DNA of 30,518 nt from the NCBI GenBank assembly GCA_041654915.1, contig JBAZCO010000008.1, forward strand, positions 1 to 30,518. The letters are read 5' to 3'. The notes under the pieces were generated by a model. It saw only the letters and a program-made list of their open reading frames with translations. It did not search any database and was not told where the DNA came from. Numbering within the stretch: the stretch's first letter is position 1; every line of letters begins with the position of its first letter. This stretch comes from Clostridia bacterium. Lineage in GTDB: Bacteria > Bacillota > Clostridia > Christensenellales > DTU072. Of the stretch, positions 25,179 through 30,518 are shown piece by piece. A program made the translations under genes and the position numbers.

Positions 25179-27494
25179 ATGTTTAAAATAATCAAGAGAG
25201 ACGGCAGAGAAGTCAAATACGATATATCAAAAATAGAAAGGGCGATAGAAAAGGCTATGCTTGCAGGCGGCTTGGCAGATTCTGCCGCTGCGCTAACCCT
25301 TGCAAGAAAGGCAGAGACTCTGCTCTTTAGCAGCTTTTCTAACACAAATCCATCGGTAGAGGATATCCAAGACATTGTAGAAACCACGCTAATGCAAAAC
25401 GGATATGAGGCAATTGCAAAAAAATATATCCTTTATCGTGCAGAGAGAACAATGAAACGGGAGATGAACTCCCGACTTATGCGAGTGTATGACGAGTTGA
25501 CCAATGCGGCGGCAGGCGACTCCGACATAAAGCGGGACAATGCCAACATAGACGGCGATACAGCAATGGGCGTGATGCTCAAATACGGCTCGGAGGGCGC
25601 AAAAGATTATTACGAAAAGAGCGTGCTTACCGCCGAACAGCGTGATGCACACAGGAGCGGCGACATCCATATTCACGACTTTGACTTTTACACGCTGACC
25701 ACTACCTGTTGCCAAATAGATTTGGTTAAGTTGTTCAAAGGCGGGTTCTCCACGGGACACGGCTTTTTGCGTGAGCCAAACGACATACAAAGCTACTCCG
25801 CCTTGGCTTGCATAGCTATACAATCTAACCAAAACGACCAACACGGCGGACAGAGTGTTCCAAACTTTGACTACGGGCTTGCCGACGGGGTAAAAAAGAC
25901 TTACAAACGGCTATATTCTGCCAATTTTTTAAAGGCTATTCGTATTGCTGACCCAAACCACAAGCTTACAAGTGACGAAGCAAAGGCAACCTTTAAAAAG
26001 ATAGAGGACGAAACCGCACTCTTTCCTTCCTTAGAGGAGCAAGATGGCTTTACCGCCGCAGTAAGGCACTATTTCCGTCCGCTTGTACCGATGGAGCTAA
26101 TAGAAAAAGCCTTGCCTTTTGCCCGTGAATTTGCGCTTGCCGAAACCGAGCGTGCCACCTTCCAAGCAATGGAGGCGCTTGTGCATAACCTCAATACAAT
26201 GCACTCTAGAGCAGGGGCGCAAACACCGTTTTCATCTATCAACTACGGCACAGACACCTCCCCCGAGGGAAGAATGGTTATCAAAAATATTTTGCTTGCA
26301 CTAGAGGCAGGTCTTGGCTTTGGCGAAACCCCAATATTTCCCATACACATTTTCCGCTTGAAAGACGGCATAAACTACAACGAGGGCGACAAAAACTACG
26401 ACTTGTTCCAATTGGCAATGAAAGTTAGTGCAAAACGCTTGTTCCCTAACTTCTCTTTTATTGATGCACCGTTCAACCTGCAATACTATAAAGAGGGACA
26501 TCCGGAAACCGAAGTTTCCTATATGGGATGCCGTACAAGAGTATTGGGGAATGTATATGACAGAGAAAATGAAGTTACTTATGGGCGGGGCAACTTGAGC
26601 TTTACCTCAATCAATCTGCCAAGAATTGGGATAAACAGCAAGGGCGATATAGATTGGTTCTTTGCCGACCTAGAGAGAAAACTAGAGCTTACTGTAAAAC
26701 AGCTTTTGGATAGGTTTGCCATACAATGCTCTAAAAAGGTGAAAAACTTCCCCTTCCTTATGGGACAGGGTGTGTGGATTAAGTCGGAAAACCTAAAAAT
26801 GAACGACTCTATTGCCGAAGTGTTAAAGCACGGCACTCTGTCTGTTGGGTTTATCGGTCTTGCCGAGGCGCTTGTTGCGTTAACGGGCAAACACCACGGG
26901 GAGGATAGAAAATCACAAGAACTAGGTTTGAAAATTATTCGCTTTATGCGTGATTATATGGATAAAAAGAGCGAAGAGTACGGTTTGAACTTCACTTTGA
27001 TAGCAACTCCCGCCGAAGGTTTATCTGGCAGATTTGTCGCAATAGACAAAAAGCGCTATGGCAGTATTGAGGGAATCACCGACCGTGAATATTATACCAA
27101 CGGTTTCCATGTGCCGGTATACTTCCCAATACGGGCATATGATAAGATACAAATAGAAGCGCCCTACCACGCTCTTACCAATGCGGGGCATATCACCTAT
27201 GTTGAGTTAGACGGCGACACCGCCCACAACCTAGAGGCATTTGAAAGGGTAATTAGGGCAATGAAGGATGCGGGCATTGGCTACGGCTCAATCAACCACC
27301 CAGTAGACCGTGACCCTGTTTGCGGACATAACGGTATAATAGGCGATGAGTGTCCCAAATGCGGCAGAAAGGAAACCGAAAACGAGAGATTTGAGAGAAT
27401 AAGAAGGATAACCGGCTACCTTGTAGGTACTTTGGACAGATTTAATAATGCCAAGCGTGCAGAGGAGCGGGAAAGGGTAAAGCATAATGTATAA
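25179..27494 (+). CDS. nrdD: Anaerobic ribonucleoside-triphosphate reductase.
   Basis: N-terminal ATP-cone (KRDGREVKYDISKIERAI). C-terminal Zn ribbon CGHNGIIGDECPKCG and glycyl-radical motif RRITGYLVG. Confidence 0.9.
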   Translation: MFKIIKRDGREVKYDISKIERAIEKAMLAGGLADSAAALTLARKAETLLFSSFSNTNPSVEDIQDIVETTLMQNGYEAIAKKYILYRAERTMKREMNSRLMRVYDELTNAAAGDSDIKRDNANIDGDTAMGVMLKYGSEGAKDYYEKSVLTAEQRDAHRSGDIHIHDFDFYTLTTTCCQIDLVKLFKGGFSTGHGFLREPNDIQSYSALACIAIQSNQNDQHGGQSVPNFDYGLADGVKKTYKRLYSANFLKAIRIADPNHKLTSDEAKATFKKIEDETALFPSLEEQDGFTAAVRHYFRPLVPMELIEKALPFAREFALAETERATFQAMEALVHNLNTMHSRAGAQTPFSSINYGTDTSPEGRMVIKNILLALEAGLGFGETPIFPIHIFRLKDGINYNEGDKNYDLFQLAMKVSAKRLFPNFSFIDAPFNLQYYKEGHPETEVSYMGCRTRVLGNVYDRENEVTYGRGNLSFTSINLPRIGINSKGDIDWFFADLERKLELTVKQLLDRFAIQCSKKVKNFPFLMGQGVWIKSENLKMNDSIAEVLKHGTLSVGFIGLAEALVALTGKHHGEDRKSQELGLKIIRFMRDYMDKKSEEYGLNFTLIATPAEGLSGRFVAIDKKRYGSIEGITDREYYTNGFHVPVYFPIRAYDKIQIEAPYHALTNAGHITYVELDGDTAHNLEAFERVIRAMKDAGIGYGSINHPVDRDPVCGHNGIIGDECPKCGRKETENERFERIRRITGYLVGTLDRFNNAKRAEERERVKHNV

Positions 27495-27993
27495 ACTTCG
27501 CCTTGCTGGGTTGATAAACGACTCAATTACCGACGGCGCTGGACTTAGGCTTACAGTGTTTGCACAAGGCTGTCATCGCCGTTGCGAAGGTTGCCACAAT
27601 CCTACCGCCCAACCTTTTGAGGGCGGCAAAGTATATACCGTCGACGAAATTGTCGAAAAAGTTAAGGCAAACCCCTTGCTGTCTGGTGTCACCTTTAGTG
27701 GGGGTGAGCCGTTTGAACAAGCGGAGGCTTACACCGCTCTTGCCAAGGAAGTAAAAAAACTTGGACTAAATGTATGCGTGTTTAGTGGATATACCTTTGA
27801 AGTCCTCATAACAAAACCCGAATGGCTTGCCCTTTTGGAACAGGCGGATATATTAATAGACGGGGAGTTTATTCTTGCTGAAAGGAATATTTTGCTAAAG
27901 TTTAGAGGCTCTGCAAACCAGCGCATATTGGATGTTCCCAAAAGTCTTGCCCAAGGCAAAGCAATTTGGTCTACCTCTCCTAAGTGGGTCTAG
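27487..27993 (+). CDS. nrdG: Anaerobic RNR activating protein (radical SAM).
   Basis: GCHRRCEGCHNP (a C-x3-C-x2-C cluster), about 168 aa, overlapping the nrdD stop by 8 nt. Confidence 0.9.
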   Translation: MYKLRLAGLINDSITDGAGLRLTVFAQGCHRRCEGCHNPTAQPFEGGKVYTVDEIVEKVKANPLLSGVTFSGGEPFEQAEAYTALAKEVKKLGLNVCVFSGYTFEVLITKPEWLALLEQADILIDGEFILAERNILLKFRGSANQRILDVPKSLAQGKAIWSTSPKWV

Positions 27994-28057
27994 TGAGCAA
28001 CAGCTTTATAGTCTTAAAAGATTTTAACCGTATCTTTTGGGTGATTTTTTGTGACAG

Positions 28058-28093
28058 ATAGCCGCCTTTATTAAATATAGGCGGCTATTTTTC
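28058..28093 (+). terminator. Intrinsic terminator downstream of nrdG.
   Basis: ATAGCCGCCT-ttattaaatat-AGGCGGCTAT followed by TTTTT. Confidence 0.7.
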
Positions 28094-28186
28094 AAGTTTA
28101 TATATTGTAATTCACTATCCTTCTATGTTAAGATTGTTGTAAGCGTGCAACAAATATATTTAACTTTAAGGATATAAGAGAAATTT

Positions 28187-29656
28187 ATGAATATAAGCTC
28201 AAACGGCAAGCTAAAAACAGATAAACTTACCAAAAAAGAAATAGTCTTTTTTGGTATGGGCGACCTTTTCGGCGGTGGTGGCGGCGCTCTTGTTAACGGG
28301 ATACTGCTCACCTACCTTGTCTTGATGGGGCTAGAGCCGTGGATGGGCGGCTTGATTGTAGGGCTTGCAAGAATTTGGGATGCGGTTATCGACCCTGTTT
28401 TGGGCGTTTTTAGCGATAATACCCGCACAAAATGGGGCAGACGGCGACCGTTTATTTTCTTTGGCGGTCTGTTTATTCCCCTTGCGCTGCTCTGGCTGTT
28501 TGCACCGCTATACGCTATGAACAGCGTTTGGCTCAAGTTCTTTATTTATCTGTTTGGATATTTATTTTATAACACGGTATCCTCTGTTGTCACCCTCACT
28601 TACAATGCAATGTCATCCGAAGTTTCTTGCGACTACAAGGAAAGAAATACCGTTAACACTGTGCGCTTGGTGTTCTCTATGCTAGCAGGCGGGGTAACTG
28701 CGCTTGCCCCCGTGGAATTAATGGGCGCTTACCTAAACCAAAGCATATCCATTGGCACAGTATATCTGATAATTGTTGTTGGGTTTGGATTGTTTTTTAC
28801 CATTCCCGTGCTGTTGTCGGCAATTTACTCCAAAGAAAGGGTTACACTCCCCGAGGAAAAAAGTACATTTACAATAAAGTCTTTCCTCACCCCGTTTAGG
28901 GTTAAAGCATTTTGGTATATATTGGGGATGTACTTTTTTGCCTATGCCTGCACGGACATTATTACCGCAAACCTTATCTTTTTTGTAAAATATGCGCTTG
29001 ATGCAAGCGCCAGCGCTACAATAATGTTACTTCTCATAGTCGGCATTACCGCCTTGGTTGCACCGCTTATGTATATCGCTATGCGAAAGGGCGTTGCAAA
29101 GCCGCTCTTGTATAGGCTTGGGATACCTTTTTATATAGTGGGTGCACTTGCGCTCTCGCTGTATCAAGGCGCAAATGCGCTCATCATATACCTGTTTTGC
29201 GGCATTATAGGACTAGGAGCAAGCTCTATGATGTTCCCTTGGATAATCTTCCCCGATGTTATGGATGTGGCAGAACTCAAACTTGGCAATCGCCCAACGG
29301 GCAGTTTTAGCGGAGTGATGTCCTTTATAAAAACGGCTGGGAGCGGCATTGCAGTCGCTTTAGTGGGGGCGGTTTTATCGCTAACGGGCTTTCAAAAACC
29401 CGAAACCGACCCAATAACAGGTAGCATAATAAGGGAGTTTACCCAACCGCAAAGTGCGCTATGGGGGCTTAGGTTGGTAATTATTATTCCCGTGATAATA
29501 ATGATGAGTGCGGCATTTTATTGTGCGCTAAAGCTAAAGCTAAACCAAAAGCGAGTGGATGTGCTAAAGACGCTTATCGAACACAAACAACAAGATATAC
29601 CCATAGAGGGCGAATTGTTAGCCGAATATCAAAGCATAGAAAAGGATTTGTTTTAG
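28187..29656 (+). CDS. MFS transporter, glycoside-pentoside-hexuronide (GPH):cation symporter family.
   Basis: About 12 TM segments. The GPH signature D-x-x-x-x-x-W-G-R-R-R-P appears as DNTRTKWGRRRPF. Length 489 aa. Confidence 0.8.
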   Translation: MNISSNGKLKTDKLTKKEIVFFGMGDLFGGGGGALVNGILLTYLVLMGLEPWMGGLIVGLARIWDAVIDPVLGVFSDNTRTKWGRRRPFIFFGGLFIPLALLWLFAPLYAMNSVWLKFFIYLFGYLFYNTVSSVVTLTYNAMSSEVSCDYKERNTVNTVRLVFSMLAGGVTALAPVELMGAYLNQSISIGTVYLIIVVGFGLFFTIPVLLSAIYSKERVTLPEEKSTFTIKSFLTPFRVKAFWYILGMYFFAYACTDIITANLIFFVKYALDASASATIMLLLIVGITALVAPLMYIAMRKGVAKPLLYRLGIPFYIVGALALSLYQGANALIIYLFCGIIGLGASSMMFPWIIFPDVMDVAELKLGNRPTGSFSGVMSFIKTAGSGIAVALVGAVLSLTGFQKPETDPITGSIIREFTQPQSALWGLRLVIIIPVIIMMSAAFYCALKLKLNQKRVDVLKTLIEHKQQDIPIEGELLAEYQSIEKDLF

Positions 29657-29821
29657 CATAATTATTTATCCACATAGATATCCTTGTCAAGATAAGGCAC
29701 AGCTTTTTTTAACTTATAATTTAAGCCGCCAAAGTATACCTCTTATTATTTAGTTTGACTTTGGTCTATATTATAGGATATAATTAATTAAATAACAGCA
29801 ACCTCTTATATTGGATTTATT

Positions 29822-30518
29822 ATGAAAAAAATTGTTAGCACTTTAGCCATATTGCTTATCGCCGTTTTCTCTGCGGTACTGCTTAGCAGCTGCGGGGGAG
29901 AAACCATTGTCCCCGGCTCAAATTGGGCGCAAAAAGAAACCTTTATTTATAACATTATAGATAACGGTACAAAGCTAGGCACTCTCACTATCACATCGGA
30001 AAAACTTGATGAGGGCAGCTACTCTGTTCCCGAAATAAGGGAAGAGCCTTTCAAAATAACTTCCGCCGTTATGCGTGGGGTGCGGTATGAGCAAATAGCC
30101 AAAGACAACGACGGCAATATATTAATGCACTCAATTGGTATTATGAACGGGTTTTCTCCGCTTGCAAGCTATAAAAAAGTTAATTCTAACAATCGCAACT
30201 TTGAAACCCGTGCTTATGTGGACGGCAAGGAATATAGATATGCGACCGACGGCAATAATTGGAAAAAAATAAAAATCAAGCCCGCCCAATTTATCGATAA
30301 CGAAATTCTATATATGTCTATGAGAAGTTATAGCGAAATCGACTCCGGCTACTCCAAGGCGATAACGGTGATAGACCCATACACAGGCGGGCAAGAAAAG
30401 ATATCCGCCGTTGCCTCAAACGACAGAAACAATTTTACCGTAAACTACACCGACATAACCGAGGAGCAAAAGAGCAAGACGGTCAGCTGCATATCCGTGA
30501 GTTTTACAAAAAGTACTT
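29822..30518 (+). CDS. Putative lipoprotein, 3'-partial; it runs off the end of the window.
   Basis: The ATG at 29822 is followed by the signal peptide MKKIVSTLAILLIAVFSAVLLSSC (lipobox LSSC). The frame stays open to base 30518. It is absent from the ORF track because there is no stop in the window. Confidence 0.55.
   Translation, partial: MKKIVSTLAILLIAVFSAVLLSSCGGETIVPGSNWAQKETFIYNIIDNGTKLGTLTITSEKLDEGSYSVPEIREEPFKITSAVMRGVRYEQIAKDNDGNILMHSIGIMNGFSPLASYKKVNSNNRNFETRAYVDGKEYRYATDGNNWKKIKIKPAQFIDNEILYMSMRSYSEIDSGYSKAITVIDPYTGGQEKISAVASNDRNNFTVNYTDITEEQKSKTVSCISVSFTKST

Noticed and set aside
1-30518. Looked for integrase, transposase or recombinase genes, tRNA genes, or long terminal inverted repeats bounding the AT-rich block.
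   Set aside because: None seen in the window. The block's boundaries at about 1900 and about 6110 have ordinary promoters and terminators only, so mobility cannot be asserted from this sequence.

Overview
This looks like a chromosomal window from a low-GC Firmicute, probably a Clostridia-type genome. I see no rRNA or tRNA genes, no CRISPR array and no transposase or integrase. Contents from start to end:

- A 5'-truncated gene for a collagen-like (Gly-X-Y) protein with a BclA/C1q-like C-terminal domain.
- A multi-pass membrane protein.
- A markedly AT-rich block of co-directional uncharacterized genes (about 1972-6110): a DUF1835/DUF3658-like protein, an XRE-type HTH protein, a 55-codon vWA-like remnant, and two large proteins of unknown function.
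- A convergent DUF2961/GH172 gene and a lipoprotein with a C-terminal alpha/beta-hydrolase (esterase) domain.
- A tryptophan-type T-box leader (candidate UGG specifier) controlling a stand-alone trpB2.
- An 8-gene minus-strand aromatic amino acid supraoperon: DAHP synthase, tyrA, aroB, aroA, aroC, pheA, an aroE-aroK fusion, and aroQ.
- An NfeD-flotillin pair, a class-I aminotransferase, and a U32 peptidase.
- nrdD-nrdG behind a consensus promoter overlapped by two NrdR boxes.
- A GPH-family MFS transporter and a 3'-truncated lipoprotein gene.

The most unusual thing I could see directly is the aro operon leader. It contains a 21-codon ORF in which 9 of 21 residues are Phe or Tyr (MTNKNFFYGYYFFKGYFSSNL), followed by an intrinsic terminator. 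This fits ribosome-mediated attenuation, which is rare in Firmicutes. All coordinates, motifs and structures were read by eye from the sequence. Family assignments rest on recalled sequence motifs and have not been checked against any database.
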